A DNA stretch of 64,000 nt from Patescibacteria group bacterium (GCA_052034495.1 JBPOIL010000005.1:24710-88709), one strand, 5' to 3'. Positions 7,231 to 18,160 are shown, numbered from the stretch's first letter. Numbers and translations: made by a program. Notes: a model not told the origin generated them from the letters alone.

Positions 7231-7255
7231 AAAAGGAGCCTCAGTGGGCTCCTTT
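7231..7255 (-). terminator. Intrinsic terminator after typA
   Basis: aaaggagcc-tcagtg-ggctccttt. Confidence 0.7.
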
Positions 7256-7263
7256 AGTAGTTC

Positions 7264-9099
7264 TTAGCGCTTCTGATTCTGTCGCTTGCGCATGTTGTGG
7301 TCCAACTCACGCTTACGGAGTCGAAGGCTCTTTGGTGTGACCTCTAGAAGCTCGTCGTTTTCGATGAAGTCGATGCATTCTTCTAAGCTGAAGACGACTG
7401 GCGGAGTTAACTGCACCACGCCATCACTCGAGCTTGAGCGCATGTTGGTAAGGTGCTTTTCCTTACATACATTGATTTCCATGTCGTCAGAACGAGCGTT
7501 CAGGCCAATAATCTGCCCGGCATACACCTTCTCCCCTGGTCCAACAAAACAGGTGCCGCGTTGCTCGACAGTCTGAAGGGCATATGGAGTTGTAGTACCG
7601 GCCTCGAAAGCAATGAGCACGCCACTACGAAGCTGCTGCATAGCAGGGCCTAGTGGCTGGTAGCCAATCATGAGGCTGTTCATAATCACGGTACCTTTTG
7701 TGTTGGTAAGTAGAATGTTACGCAAACCAAGCAAAACGCGAGTTGGCAATTCATAAACAAGTTTCGTAACACCTTTAGGGCTCGCAAACTGCTCCTTAAG
7801 CGTCGCGCGACGAGCGCCAAGTTCCATCTGTACCGCACCTACATGCTCGGCGGGGACTTCAATAATCAGCTCTTCGAGTGGCTCCATGGTCTTGCCGTCT
7901 TCTTCCTTGGTCACAACCTGTGGTCGACCTACCTCGAGCTCGAAGCCTTCTCGGCGAAGCGTTTCAATTAATACACTTAGGTGGAGCTCGCCACGGCCAG
8001 AGACCAAGAACCCAAGTCCACCGTCTTCAACACGCAAACCGATGTTTGTTTCAAGCTCTTTGTGTAGGCGCTCATCTATCTGTCGACTGGTTGTAAACTC
8101 ACCCTCTAGGCCCTTAAGTGGACTTGTGTTTGGACCAATGTAGATCTTGAGTGTTGGTGCTTCTACTTCGAGTACCGGCAGTGCCTCTGGCTTTTCGGCG
8201 TCAGCGATTGTTTCGCCAATCTGCACAGCGCTAATTCCCGTGAGCTGTACGATGTCGCCAGCGATTCCACCAGGGACTTCAAACTTACTGACTCCGTGGC
8301 TCATGAATACTGCTTCCACGCGTGCCTTGGAGATTTTGCCGTCTTTTTGGCAAAGCGCAACGGTGTCTCCTGGCTTCACAGATCCGCGGTTAATGCGACC
8401 AACAGCGTACTTGCCCTTATAGGTATCGTGGGCTAAGGCTGTTACGAGCATCTGGAATGGCGCATCGAGCTCTACGTCTGGAGCAGGTACGTCACTAATA
8501 ATTGCGTCGAAGATGCATTCTAGGTCCCCTCCTGCACTCGGGTCACTTGGCGCGTCCTTCCAGGCTTTTCCTTCGCGTCCAATTGCGTAGTAGACAGGAT
8601 AATGAAGCTGATCTTCGTGCACGGCGAGCTCTAGGAACAGATCGGCCAGCTCTTCTTCTACTTCGGCGATTCGACTGCCTGGCTTATCAATCTTGTTAAT
8701 AACAACAATTGGCTTAAGACCGCCAGCAAGTGCTTTAGTAAGTACAAACTTGGTCTGCGGCATTGGGCCTTCCTGTGCATCCACAATCAGCAAACAGCCA
8801 TCGGCCATGTTGAGCGTACGCTCAACTTCGCCAGAAAAATCAGCGTGCCCCGGAGTATCAATAATGTTTACACGGTAGTCACCGTGTTGTACGGCAGTTA
8901 CTTTGGCGGTAATGGTAATGCCTCGTTCTTTTTCCTGGTCGCCACTGTCCATAATGAGGTCCTGAGCCATTTCGGCTTGGTTTTCACGGAATGTCTTAGA
9001 CTGTTTGAGCAATCCGTCTACTAGGGTAGTTTTACCATGGTCTACGTGGGCAATAATTGCGATGTTACGAATATTCTCTGTTTTTTGAGCAGCTTCCAT
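7264..9099 (-). CDS. typA: Translational GTPase TypA/BipA
   Basis: [35 protein letters not shown]. Confidence 0.97.
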   Translation of the reverse strand: MEAAQKTENIRNIAIIAHVDHGKTTLVDGLLKQSKTFRENQAEMAQDLIMDSGDQEKERGITITAKVTAVQHGDYRVNIIDTPGHADFSGEVERTLNMADGCLLIVDAQEGPMPQTKFVLTKALAGGLKPIVVINKIDKPGSRIAEVEEELADLFLELAVHEDQLHYPVYYAIGREGKAWKDAPSDPSAGGDLECIFDAIISDVPAPDVELDAPFQMLVTALAHDTYKGKYAVGRINRGSVKPGDTVALCQKDGKISKARVEAVFMSHGVSKFEVPGGIAGDIVQLTGISAVQIGETIADAEKPEALPVLEVEAPTLKIYIGPNTSPLKGLEGEFTTSRQIDERLHKELETNIGLRVEDGGLGFLVSGRGELHLSVLIETLRREGFELEVGRPQVVTKEEDGKTMEPLEELIIEVPAEHVGAVQMELGARRATLKEQFASPKGVTKLVYELPTRVLLGLRNILLTNTKGTVIMNSLMIGYQPLGPAMQQLRSGVLIAFEAGTTTPYALQTVEQRGTCFVGPGEKVYAGQIIGLNARSDDMEINVCKEKHLTNMRSSSSDGVVQLTPPVVFSLEECIDFIENDELLEVTPKSLRLRKRELDHNMRKRQNQKR

Positions 9100-9206
9100 A
9101 TGGTGCCTTTCTGAGTGATTATGTTAGATTTGAGCAAAATAAATGCGCCTACATTGACACACAATGTGGCGCGTATCTTTCGCTCAATATTATAGCAGAT
9201 TCGAGG

Positions 9207-10526
9207 CTAGCTGTCAGCACTAAGGCGCTTGATGACTTCTTGGACGCCCATGACGGGCTGCTCGCCAGTTTCCATGTTCTTGAGCACTACTTGCCCACTT
9301 GCCAGCTCGTCTTCGCCGATCACGATGGCATATGGCACACCAAGTCGATCCACATAGCGCATCATCTTGCTTGGCTGCGACTGCTCCATGTAGGCTTCGA
9401 CTGCGATACCGGCGTTACGTAATTCGGTTGCAACTTCGAGCGCTCGTGCCGCTGCTTCAGTGGAAAGCGACAATACCACAGCTTTACTGAGCGTTCTAGC
9501 GCCAGAAGATACAATGCCAATTTCCTTGAGCTGCATGAACAGCCTCGTGAGGCCAATGGAAACGCCTACTCCAGGCAACTTGCTCTTCGTATAGAAACTA
9601 GCCAAGTCATCGTACCGACCGCCTGAGCACACGCTGCCCACGCCAGGAAAGTCATCGAGGCTCGTCTCGTACACAGTACCCGTATAGTAGTCCAAGCCGC
9701 GGGCGATCTTTAAATCAATCACGTAGTCCTCATCTGGCACACCGAGGCGGCGCATAGCAGCAATCACACCCTTAAGCTCCTCTAGCCCAGCTGTGTAGCG
9801 GGTATTCTGCGTATCTACTTGCTCGAGCTGCTCTAGCACTTCATCCACACTGCCTGCGGTGCCCAAGAACGCCAAGAGCTTCTTGGCTACCTGGTCTTCA
9901 ACGCCAAGCTTAGCTAGCTCCGACACAACTGCTGCTTCGCCAATCTTTTCGAGCTTATCGATTACACGTAATACTTCTGCCGAAATATGGTGCGCGCCAA
10001 TGCTCTCCAGGTAACCTTGCAGGATCTTGCGGTTATTAATGCGGATCGTAAAACTACCGATGTTGAGCTTGCGGAACACACTAGATATTACCGCTGGCAT
10101 TTCTGCGTCATATAGCACGCTGTTACTGCCAATTACGTCTATATCGCATTGGTAGAACTCCCTGTACCGACCAGCCTGGCTGCGCTCACCCCGCCACACC
10201 TTCTGCATTTGATATCGCTTAAATGGGAACACCAATTCGCCCTCGTGCTGCGCTACGTAGCGAGCCAGCGGCACGGTTAGGTCGAAGTGCAACGCCATGT
10301 CTTTGTCGTCTTTATCGCGAGCGATTTTGTATATCTGCTTTTCAGTTTCTCCGCCCGCTTTGGCAAGCAGGACCTCGCCGAGCTCAATAGCAGGCGTTTC
10401 TATCGGCGCATAGCCGTAGCTCTCGTATACGCCACGAATAGTATCGAACATCTTATTAAACTGGATTTGATCCTCGGGTAGTAGTTCTACAAAACCGCTG
10501 AGGATTCGTGGTGTAACGCGCGCCAT
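9207..10526 (-). CDS. hisS: Histidine--tRNA ligase
   Basis: GRYREFYQCD, ARGLDYYTG, SGGRYD. Confidence 0.97.
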   Translation of the reverse strand: MARVTPRILSGFVELLPEDQIQFNKMFDTIRGVYESYGYAPIETPAIELGEVLLAKAGGETEKQIYKIARDKDDKDMALHFDLTVPLARYVAQHEGELVFPFKRYQMQKVWRGERSQAGRYREFYQCDIDVIGSNSVLYDAEMPAVISSVFRKLNIGSFTIRINNRKILQGYLESIGAHHISAEVLRVIDKLEKIGEAAVVSELAKLGVEDQVAKKLLAFLGTAGSVDEVLEQLEQVDTQNTRYTAGLEELKGVIAAMRRLGVPDEDYVIDLKIARGLDYYTGTVYETSLDDFPGVGSVCSGGRYDDLASFYTKSKLPGVGVSIGLTRLFMQLKEIGIVSSGARTLSKAVVLSLSTEAAARALEVATELRNAGIAVEAYMEQSQPSKMMRYVDRLGVPYAIVIGEDELASGQVVLKNMETGEQPVMGVQEVIKRLSADS

Positions 10527-10588
10527 GTTGGCTCCTTTAGTTTGGCTTAAGTATACCGCATGTGTTTAGACTGAACAAAGTACCTACA

Positions 10589-10617
10589 TTGACTTTTATG
10601 GCTAAATATGCTATTAT
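10589..10617 (+). promoter_or_regulatory. Sigma70 promoter TTGACT-17-TATTAT
   Basis: ttgact tttatggctaaatatgc tattat, nearly the same as the promoter at 901-929. Confidence 0.7.
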
Positions 10618-10660
10618 TTGCTACAGTCTCAACCTGGAGGCGCTTAGCAAGGAGGCCGCA

Positions 10661-11029
10661 ATGAGCGGAGGAAGCGTAGCAATGCTTACACTGTCGGCGA
10701 TGTGCATCATCATCGCTGGCTTCTTGGGTGCCAAGAGAGAGCGCGGCGGTGCAATCGCCCTTGGTGTGCTTGGAGCTGTGGTTCTGCTCTTCGCAATCGG
10801 GATTCACTTCACCGATCAGAGCCGAGCCGCCGAGGACGATCGAGTCACGTCAGAGATCGAAGTTCGGTACAAGGAAATCCATGTCGTCGAACTATCTGCG
10901 TGGAGCAAGACAGTTCGCTACACGCTCACCGACGAACGTAGCAAGGTCTGCGACGGTGAGCTCATCCACTACAACGGAGACTGGCTCATCCGGGACAACC
11001 CCGACTGTGCCGTGCTACCAACTGGCTAG
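10661..11029 (+). CDS. Hypothetical 2-TM membrane protein, 122 aa, high-GC codon usage
   Basis: AAGGAGG RBS before ATG 10661; Lys, Phe, Tyr and Asn encoded only by AAG, TTC, TAC and AAC. Confidence 0.75.
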   Translation: MSGGSVAMLTLSAMCIIIAGFLGAKRERGGAIALGVLGAVVLLFAIGIHFTDQSRAAEDDRVTSEIEVRYKEIHVVELSAWSKTVRYTLTDERSKVCDGELIHYNGDWLIRDNPDCAVLPTG

Positions 11030-11060
11030 GTGTAACCCAGGCACCACCACCCGACCCCCG

Positions 11061-11103
11061 AACGAAAAGGACCCCCGATTCGTTCGGGGGTCCTTTTCGT
11101 TTT
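11061..11103. terminator. Bidirectional terminator, 18-bp perfect stem
   Basis: aacgaaaaggacccccga-ttcgt-tcgggggtccttttcgtt. Confidence 0.85.
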
Positions 11104-11115
11104 AGTGGCTTTGCT

Positions 11116-11373
11116 CTATTCTCCTACCGACAACGTACGCCCTAGTGCCAGAACGTCATCTACGCCGCCTAAGTTCTTTACCTCATAACCAGCCCGGCGC
11201 AGAATCTGCTCTGCTGCCGTAGCCCTACCGCCACTCCTGCAATAAATTTCGAGCGTTTGGCCGGCTGCATCAGCCGGCAGTTTAGAGGCCATACCCTCAG
11301 CTAGCTCCACGTTAACAGCCCCTTCTATATGAGCTTCTTCATATTCCTCTGGCGTGCGTACATCTATTAACAT
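11116..11373 (-). CDS. Rhodanese-like domain protein
   Basis: IDVRTPEEY..HIEGA, YCRSGGRA, NLGG. Confidence 0.9.
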   Translation of the reverse strand: MLIDVRTPEEYEEAHIEGAVNVELAEGMASKLPADAAGQTLEIYCRSGGRATAAEQILRRAGYEVKNLGGVDDVLALGRTLSVGE

Positions 11374-11382
11374 ACTTGTCTC

Positions 11383-12765
11383 CTATTCTGTCCTTAGTGC
11401 TTCAATTGGGTCAAGCTTGGCAGCCTTGCGAGATGGTAGCCATCCTGCCAAGATTGCCACGATCATCAGCGCGACCACGAGCTGCACGACCTCGAATGGC
11501 TTAAATATGAGTAGCGAGTTGCCCGTACCAAGGTCAAGCGACTTGGTAATCCAAGGGTTTAAGGCTACACCCAGTCCGACGGCCAGCAGCGAACCAACAA
11601 CCCCACCGATGAATCCGATCCATGCCGCTTCGAAGCGGAACAACCTGCCGATGTCACGCTTACGCATACCGAGCGCCTTCATAAGCCCAATCTCTCGCGT
11701 ACGCTGTAGCACACTAATGTACATAGTGTTCACGATGCCGAAAACCGAAGCGATAATGGCAATTGCCGCAAAGGCCGCCACAATCCCTTGTAGGATCGAT
11801 ATGATGCTGGTCAAGAACTCTTGGGCCTCCTTAACACTCTGTACGGCAAAGCCCTTCTCTTTAAGCTCATCCTGGGCGGCTTTGAGTGTAGCTTCGTTCT
11901 CCCCACCCTCGACCTTGGCAAAGACGTAGTTGTATTTGCGATAGTTGGCAGTTCCCTCGGTAGTAATGTCATTCAGCTCACGAGCTGTATCGGCATCGGC
12001 GTACAGGTAGAGTTCTGTGCCGGGCTGAGCAGTTGTTGGCTTCTTGGTCACAGCAGCCACCTTCAGGGTACGCTCCACGCTCGCTTGCTCACTCAATTTG
12101 GCCAAATCAGCTGGCGAACTCACGCTCGCTCCCAGACTGGCGATATCCGCTGCGCCTGCTGTGAGCGATTTAGTAACCGAGGCTGTTATGTCTTTACCAA
12201 TAGCATCCTGGGCATCCTTAAAGCCGAGTGCCTTAACGTAGCCTTCGGGCAGCAGGACAGCATCCTCGCCGACCACCCCGCCTTCGCCGATGCTACCAGC
12301 CAGCAATGTGGGCTTTTGTGCAGGGCTAAAGGCCGCTAGTGACGCCACATATTTCTTCTGATCAGGGCGGGTAATGTAACGCAAATTCACGGTGATGTCT
12401 TCGCGAACGTTAACGACACCATCCACGCTCTTAATTACTGCAATGTCTTCGTCGGTAACGCGCTTAATTTGTGTGGTAGCACCAGAATTCGACACCCCGG
12501 TACCGAAGCTTGGGTCGTATTCGCGAGGGTTCGTGTTGCTACCATTGCCGCCAAAAATCGACTTGTCTTTTGCCACAATCAGCTCTGCCGGATCGAAGTT
12601 CTCGGCAATAATCTTGTTCACAAACGCCGTTGCACCATTGCTTGCTGCCAAGGTAAGAGTAAGGGCGAATGTACCTACTGCAATCGCCGCAGCGGTCAGT
12701 AAAGTACGCGCTTTTGCATTTCTTAAGTTCCGTCCGGACCGAGCTATTTGATCGCGCAAAATCAC
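11383..12765 (-). CDS. ABC transporter permease (MacB/FtsX family)
   Basis: RTLLT..IAVG, GIVNTM...V.QRTREIG, PSRKAAKLDPIEALR. Confidence 0.92.
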   Translation of the reverse strand: MILRDQIARSGRNLRNAKARTLLTAAAIAVGTFALTLTLAASNGATAFVNKIIAENFDPAELIVAKDKSIFGGNGSNTNPREYDPSFGTGVSNSGATTQIKRVTDEDIAVIKSVDGVVNVREDITVNLRYITRPDQKKYVASLAAFSPAQKPTLLAGSIGEGGVVGEDAVLLPEGYVKALGFKDAQDAIGKDITASVTKSLTAGAADIASLGASVSSPADLAKLSEQASVERTLKVAAVTKKPTTAQPGTELYLYADADTARELNDITTEGTANYRKYNYVFAKVEGGENEATLKAAQDELKEKGFAVQSVKEAQEFLTSIISILQGIVAAFAAIAIIASVFGIVNTMYISVLQRTREIGLMKALGMRKRDIGRLFRFEAAWIGFIGGVVGSLLAVGLGVALNPWITKSLDLGTGNSLLIFKPFEVVQLVVALMIVAILAGWLPSRKAAKLDPIEALRTE

Positions 12766-13499
12766 TTGGCACCTACCTTTTTCTTAGCTGGCTTCTTGGC
12801 AGTTGTTGGCTTTTTGGCCATATCCAAGCCGATGGTTTTGCTGATTTCGCCGTCTTTCATGTGTATCTGGATGCCGCATCGCTCAGCTAGCTCTGGGTCA
12901 TGCGTAACGATTACTAATGTACAGCCCAGCTTTCGGTTGAGATCAAACAGAAGCTTAATAATAACGTCACCAGTGGTGCTGTCGAGGTTCCCCGTTGGCT
13001 CATCGGCAAAGATCAGCTTAGGCTTGTTTACAATAGCACGGGCTATGGCAAGTCTTTGCTTTTGGCCACCTGATAAGTTTGCAGCCAAGGAGTTGACCTT
13101 GTCGGCCAACCCAACTGCCTCGAGCGCTTCGAGTACATGCTTTCTACGATCACGTCGGCCGACCTTTGCAATCTCAAGGGGAAGCATAACATTTTGGTAG
13201 CACGTTTGGTTTGCCTCTACAAAGAACGCTTGGAATATAAAACTCATTTTATGAGACCGGAAAGTATCCATCTCCTTGGCTTTCATTTCCTGCAGGTTTT
13301 TGCCATCGATTACTACTCCGCCTTCGGTCGGGTGATCGAGTCCACTCATAATGTGCATGAGCGTAGATTTGCCCGATCCACTCTTGCCAATAATCGCGGT
13401 GGTGCTGCCCTCGGGAATATCAATGTGCACTTTATACAAGGCCGTAAAAGCGCTATCACCCTCCCCATATGTCTTACAAACATTCTTAACTTCAATCAT
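12762..13499 (-). CDS. ABC transporter ATP-binding protein (LolD/MacB type)
   Basis: GKSGSGKST, LSGGQKQR, ADEPTGNLD. Confidence 0.95.
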   Translation of the reverse strand: MIEVKNVCKTYGEGDSAFTALYKVHIDIPEGSTTAIIGKSGSGKSTLMHIMSGLDHPTEGGVVIDGKNLQEMKAKEMDTFRSHKMSFIFQAFFVEANQTCYQNVMLPLEIAKVGRRDRRKHVLEALEAVGLADKVNSLAANLSGGQKQRLAIARAIVNKPKLIFADEPTGNLDSTTGDVIIKLLFDLNRKLGCTLVIVTHDPELAERCGIQIHMKDGEISKTIGLDMAKKPTTAKKPAKKKVGAK

Positions 13500-13500
13500 A

Positions 13501-13743
13501 TCAATCTACCTTATTCTTACGCCCTTGCTTGATTCTCTGTTTCGTTTTCTCATAACGCTCTTTTGCGCTATTCAGAAGACCCTTAGCCCAAGCAAACTCA
13601 GTCGCCAGGATTGCAAGACCGAGAATTACAAAAATGAAACCCGGACCGGGTAATACAAAGAAGATTATGCCAACAAGCACTACGGTGGCGCCAATTAGGC
13701 CTATCGCAAACTTCTTTGTGTGCCGAAAAGCAAAATCAATCAT
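13501..13743 (-). CDS. PGPGW-domain small membrane protein
   Basis: LPGPGF...GLAILATEFAWA. Confidence 0.85.
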   Translation of the reverse strand: MIDFAFRHTKKFAIGLIGATVVLVGIIFFVLPGPGFIFVILGLAILATEFAWAKGLLNSAKERYEKTKQRIKQGRKNKVD

Positions 13744-13806
13744 GAATCTATTATAACCTATCTTTGCTTAGTAATAGCTGAAGCACCTGGGTATTTGCTG
13801 AACGCT

Positions 13807-15603
13807 CTACAGCCCGCCGCCGCCGCCACCACCGCCGCCGCCGCCAGAGAAGCCACCACCGCCCGAGAAGCCACTCGAACCTGAGCTCGAAGGTGGACTA
13901 AAGCTGCTCGATGCGGTGTTTCCGAAGCCGTTTACGGCATGCGAAAACGCAACTGCGTTAAACGTACCGTTGCCGCTATACCAAGTTGGCGGCTGGGAAT
14001 AAAGCGCAGCGAATTGTTTGGCCCATTGCTTTTCTATCCCAAAGAGCATCGCGTACGGCAAGAGCTTTTCGTATAACTTAACTAACTGGCCCTTGTCATT
14101 CGGGTTAATGCTGGCTTTCTCGGCGCCTTCCGGGCTTTGCAATATCTTGATGCGATCTGCCTCTGCCATTTGCATATATAGCTTCATGCCCTTCAGGTGC
14201 TCTAAGCTCGTAACTCCCTTTGGCGTACGGGCTGGCATGCCCCAGCCAAAAGCACACACAATCAGCCCTGCTGCCAATATGCCGCCCGTTAAAAAGAACG
14301 TAAACGGTATGAACATAAGCACCGCTGCCGGAACCACCAGCAACATGCCTCTGGAAACATAATGTTTTCGGACCTTACTAGGATCCTCAACGAAGTAGCC
14401 CGAGCCAGCCGCAAGAGTGCCTAAATCTTCCCCGAGTTTCGCAACCTGGGAATAAAGTGTTTCCGACAAGTCATCCAGCGCAACCCTTTGGCCGACTTTA
14501 TGACCCTTAAAGATCATGCTGATAACTCTTCGCTCCTCCCCTCGGAGCTCAGAAAGGTCGGCTTTCACCTGCTCAATCTCGTACTTCTCCTCGCTTCCTA
14601 TAAGTTTTTTGTGCTTGACCTCATAGAGCCGCAAATACCCTCGAATGCACAAATCAATCATGGCGGCCGACACTGCATTCGGGCTCATCGCCTGGTCCAA
14701 AATCGTACTCGCCAGCATTGGGTGCATAGAATCCTCAGGGGAATATTGGGCGATAATTACGCCCTTGCCTCTCGGGTCGCGGCCATGTTTGCGCCATAGC
14801 CGCATCATCACTATCAGGGCAATCAATGGTGGCACAACAAAGACCACAAAACCACCGAGCAGGAATAAAGCGATGAGCCCTGCAGGTATCTTGTAAGCCG
14901 CAAAGGTATCCTTGGTAAACGCCAACGCAAAACTAAGGTTCTCTCCTGCTAACAGGGTTCTGCTGGCAGCAACACTAATTACCGTGTCGTCGCCCGACGC
15001 ACTACGGATAATCGTGCAGTCCTGCTGCTTAGACCCATAGGCGCCGGTGAAGCATTCCTGCTGTTGCTTCAGTTCCCCCGCCAAACTGTTTGGCACATGT
15101 ACGCGTGCAGCAACACTGCCGAACGGCTGCCGCCACTGATCACCATTTGTGTCCCAGTACCACTCGTCATAATCGCCGTAAAAAGTCATAACATCACGCA
15201 GGGTGTAAGTTATAACGTATGTCTGTTCGCCGCGCACGTACTCGTCGCTACGAATAAGGAGTTCTAGATTGCCATTCGCGCTAACAGTGGTATAGGGCCG
15301 ATCAGCACCCTGACCGTCAGTAATAGACTGCACTTGAAGATCCAAACTACGGCCTTTGTACGTTTTTGGTATCACGCGGCGTAGTCCACGGTTCTGGTCG
15401 TAATCTGGGAAGATTGGTACGAGCTTTTCAACCACCTTCACTTGTGCAACCTTTTGCTCATCGCGGGACAAGTAATAGTCTGCCTCAAAGCTCTTAAAGC
15501 TAAAGTCATCAACACCTGCCCGGGCGGGCTGTGGCAGCAGTGCAATAACAGCAGCCAGAACCAGCATACTAGCGCCAAAGACTGCCTGTACGAGCTTCTT
15601 CAT
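13807..15603 (-). CDS. DUF2207-family membrane protein
   Basis: Signal peptide from ATG 15603, YEKLLPYAMLFG, Gly-rich tail SGGGGGGGGGGG. Confidence 0.88.
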   Translation of the reverse strand: MKKLVQAVFGASMLVLAAVIALLPQPARAGVDDFSFKSFEADYYLSRDEQKVAQVKVVEKLVPIFPDYDQNRGLRRVIPKTYKGRSLDLQVQSITDGQGADRPYTTVSANGNLELLIRSDEYVRGEQTYVITYTLRDVMTFYGDYDEWYWDTNGDQWRQPFGSVAARVHVPNSLAGELKQQQECFTGAYGSKQQDCTIIRSASGDDTVISVAASRTLLAGENLSFALAFTKDTFAAYKIPAGLIALFLLGGFVVFVVPPLIALIVMMRLWRKHGRDPRGKGVIIAQYSPEDSMHPMLASTILDQAMSPNAVSAAMIDLCIRGYLRLYEVKHKKLIGSEEKYEIEQVKADLSELRGEERRVISMIFKGHKVGQRVALDDLSETLYSQVAKLGEDLGTLAAGSGYFVEDPSKVRKHYVSRGMLLVVPAAVLMFIPFTFFLTGGILAAGLIVCAFGWGMPARTPKGVTSLEHLKGMKLYMQMAEADRIKILQSPEGAEKASINPNDKGQLVKLYEKLLPYAMLFGIEKQWAKQFAALYSQPPTWYSGNGTFNAVAFSHAVNGFGNTASSSFSPPSSSGSSGFSGGGGFSGGGGGGGGGGGL

Positions 15604-15661
15604 ACATAAATAGTACCACGGGCTATGGTAGAGCATAAGTATTTTGCCGTATACTAGACGC

Positions 15662-16360
15662 ATGCAAAAACCATGGACGCTACAGGAAGTTCGGAATGTC
15701 TGCAAAGCGAATGGCACGGCCGACGACGCGCGGATGTGCGAGATTACGCAGGAGCTCAATGATGGGTTCAGCGTCGTTGAAAACATGAATAAGGTCGTGT
15801 CATTCTTTGGTTCTAAACAGATCAAGGAAGATGACAAGCTCTACCAAAAAGCGCAAAACCTAGCCGGCAGGCTCGTGTCGGAACAAGGTTATACCGTAGT
15901 GACGGGCGGAGGACCCGGCATAATGGAGGCTGCGAATAGAGGCGCGTTTGAAGCTGGAGGGAAATCCGTCGGCTTCACAATCGAGCTCGAAGCTCATCAT
16001 CAAAAGCCGAATCAATATCTGACCGACCAAGTTGATTTTCATTATTTCTTCGCACGCAAAGTCATGCTGGCCTTCGCGGCACGGCTCTACATCGTGTTCC
16101 CTGGCGGCTTCGGCACCATGGATGAATTCTTTGAGCTCGTTACCCTAAAGCAAGAGCATAAAATACCTCAGATCCCAATCGTTTGTGTTGGCTCACACTT
16201 TTGGCGGCCTATGGAGAGGGTGCTGCGCACCACCTTCCTCGAAGACTTCGGCACAATCGTCCCAAGCGATCTAGATATATTCCAAATCATCGACGATGAA
16301 GATGATATCTTGGAGCTCGCCACCTCCCTACCTAAGCGACACACTACCTCGGCCAAATAG
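15662..16360 (+). CDS. LOG-family nucleotide phosphoribohydrolase (TIGR00730-like)
   Basis: TGGGPGIMEAANRGA, FFARK, PGGFGTMDE. Confidence 0.92.
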   Translation: MQKPWTLQEVRNVCKANGTADDARMCEITQELNDGFSVVENMNKVVSFFGSKQIKEDDKLYQKAQNLAGRLVSEQGYTVVTGGGPGIMEAANRGAFEAGGKSVGFTIELEAHHQKPNQYLTDQVDFHYFFARKVMLAFAARLYIVFPGGFGTMDEFFELVTLKQEHKIPQIPIVCVGSHFWRPMERVLRTTFLEDFGTIVPSDLDIFQIIDDEDDILELATSLPKRHTTSAK

Positions 16361-16395
16361 CTTTGCTAATAACACCGATGCTACAATAGTAGTTC

Positions 16396-17574
16396 ATGGC
16401 ATACACCCTATCACAAGACCAAGCAAAGGCGCTCGGGGCAATTGGAGCATGGTACCGCGAAAAGCAGGCACCATTCATTACCTTGGGCGGCTACGCGGGT
16501 ACAGGCAAGACCACGATGATTGCCCTTCTGCGCCAAGCCCTCCACGAATACGATAAGGACACAAAAGTCGCATTCTGCGCCTACACCGGCAAGGCGTCGC
16601 AAGTCCTGCGGCAAAAACTTCGCGAGCAAAAGACCTTGCGGAGAGGAGATAACGTGTCCACGATTCACTCGCTCATATATAACAGTTCAACGAATTCCGA
16701 AGGCCACACCAGCTGGGACTTGAAAAAAGAGCTTGCCTACAACATTATCATCGTAGACGAAGCCAGCATGGTTGATGAGTACATTTGGAATGACCTGTTG
16801 AGCTTTCAGATACCCGTTTTGGCCGTAGGTGATCACGGACAGCTGCCGCCGATCAACTCGAACTTTAATCTAATGGGCGAGCCGCAGCTTAAGCTTGAAC
16901 AGATCTTTCGACAAGAGGCCGAAAGCCCAATCATCCAAGTGGCCCAGCTGGCGAGGACTAATGGCGCGATACCCGTACAGGACTTTGGCCCTGGAGTAAC
17001 AAAGCTCAATAAGTACGATTCCGAGACCGGCCAGGCCGTCGAGGAGATGCTCGGAGCATGGCGTGGCGACCTGATGGTGCTATGTGGCTACAATCATACT
17101 CGCGTGTCGCTCAACAAGCACATTCGATCATTACGAGATATTGAGGTTGAAGAGCCAACCGTCGGGGATGTCGTCGTTTGCTTGCGCAACATGCGAAGCG
17201 AGCACCTCTATAACGGACTCATTGGCACAATTGTAAGTATCGAACCAGCACCAGATGACGAAACCGACCAGTGGTATTGGACTGAAATCTACTTTGATAA
17301 TGAAAATATGACCTTCTCTGGCTACACCCTACGCGAACAGTTCGGAGCCAAAGAGACTATCAAGCGACCGCCTAAAGCTCCTGGAGATAGCACAGGAGCG
17401 TTGTTCGACTTCGGCTACGCCCTGACGGTACATAAGGCCCAAGGGTCACAGTCCCCCCGTGTTCTGCTGTTCGAAGAGCGCTTTAGCAAGATGAGCGACG
17501 AAGACTGGAACCGCTGGCTCTACACCGCCGTGACCCGGGCCGAAACCGAGCTCACTATTATCGGCACAAGGTAA
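16396..17574 (+). CDS. Stand-alone SF1B helicase (RecD/Dda-like)
   Basis: GYAGTGKTT, TIHS, DEASMV, GDHGQLPP, YALTVHKAQGSQ, LYTAVTRA. Confidence 0.9.
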   Translation: MAYTLSQDQAKALGAIGAWYREKQAPFITLGGYAGTGKTTMIALLRQALHEYDKDTKVAFCAYTGKASQVLRQKLREQKTLRRGDNVSTIHSLIYNSSTNSEGHTSWDLKKELAYNIIIVDEASMVDEYIWNDLLSFQIPVLAVGDHGQLPPINSNFNLMGEPQLKLEQIFRQEAESPIIQVAQLARTNGAIPVQDFGPGVTKLNKYDSETGQAVEEMLGAWRGDLMVLCGYNHTRVSLNKHIRSLRDIEVEEPTVGDVVVCLRNMRSEHLYNGLIGTIVSIEPAPDDETDQWYWTEIYFDNENMTFSGYTLREQFGAKETIKRPPKAPGDSTGALFDFGYALTVHKAQGSQSPRVLLFEERFSKMSDEDWNRWLYTAVTRAETELTIIGTR

Positions 17575-17644
17575 TTGGCAGATCAGACCATAAGCTCTAT
17601 AATCTATTCCATACCCTAATCAAGATAAAGAAGGAAACCAATAA

Positions 17645-18091
17645 ATGGCTGACGAAACAGTAGATCAAGTAAAAACCCCCGCAACTCAGGAAAAGCCAAT
17701 TGAAGACCGCAATACCCTCGAGGCGATACATCGCCTCCTGCCAGAAATTCGCGAAACGAAAGACAAGCTCAAAACTGTACGTGAGCAGCTTAAGGACGTC
17801 GAGCAGCAAAACGAAGAATATCAGCATCTCAAAGACGAGATTAGTGAGCTTACTACAAAGCGCCAGACCGCCAAGAAGCTCCTGCAAGCAGACGTTGATT
17901 ACCAGAAAGTTAGTGCTGACGTTGACGATTACCGGGCAAAGCTCAAGGACCTGCAAGAGATCATGAGTCACTACCTGGTAACCTACTATAATGAGACGCA
18001 AAAAATGCAGATAAAGGACAATGAAGGCGAAACAAGGCAGGTTGTGCTAACTGCCAAAATGGGTAAGCCTGAAGCCGACCTAGAGTCCTAG
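17645..18091 (+). CDS. Hypothetical coiled-coil protein
   Basis: AAGGA RBS; heptad-rich 148-aa ORF. Confidence 0.75.
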   Translation: MADETVDQVKTPATQEKPIEDRNTLEAIHRLLPEIRETKDKLKTVREQLKDVEQQNEEYQHLKDEISELTTKRQTAKKLLQADVDYQKVSADVDDYRAKLKDLQEIMSHYLVTYYNETQKMQIKDNEGETRQVVLTAKMGKPEADLES

Positions 18092-18160
18092 ACCGACCAA
18101 CCTGGCGACTCCCAGTCGGGAGTTGACCAACTAGCGTAAAAGTGATACCATATTCAGGTT

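Noticed and set aside
13810-13870. GCC/CCA microsatellite
   Set aside because: Encodes the normal poly-Gly tail of the DUF2207 protein.
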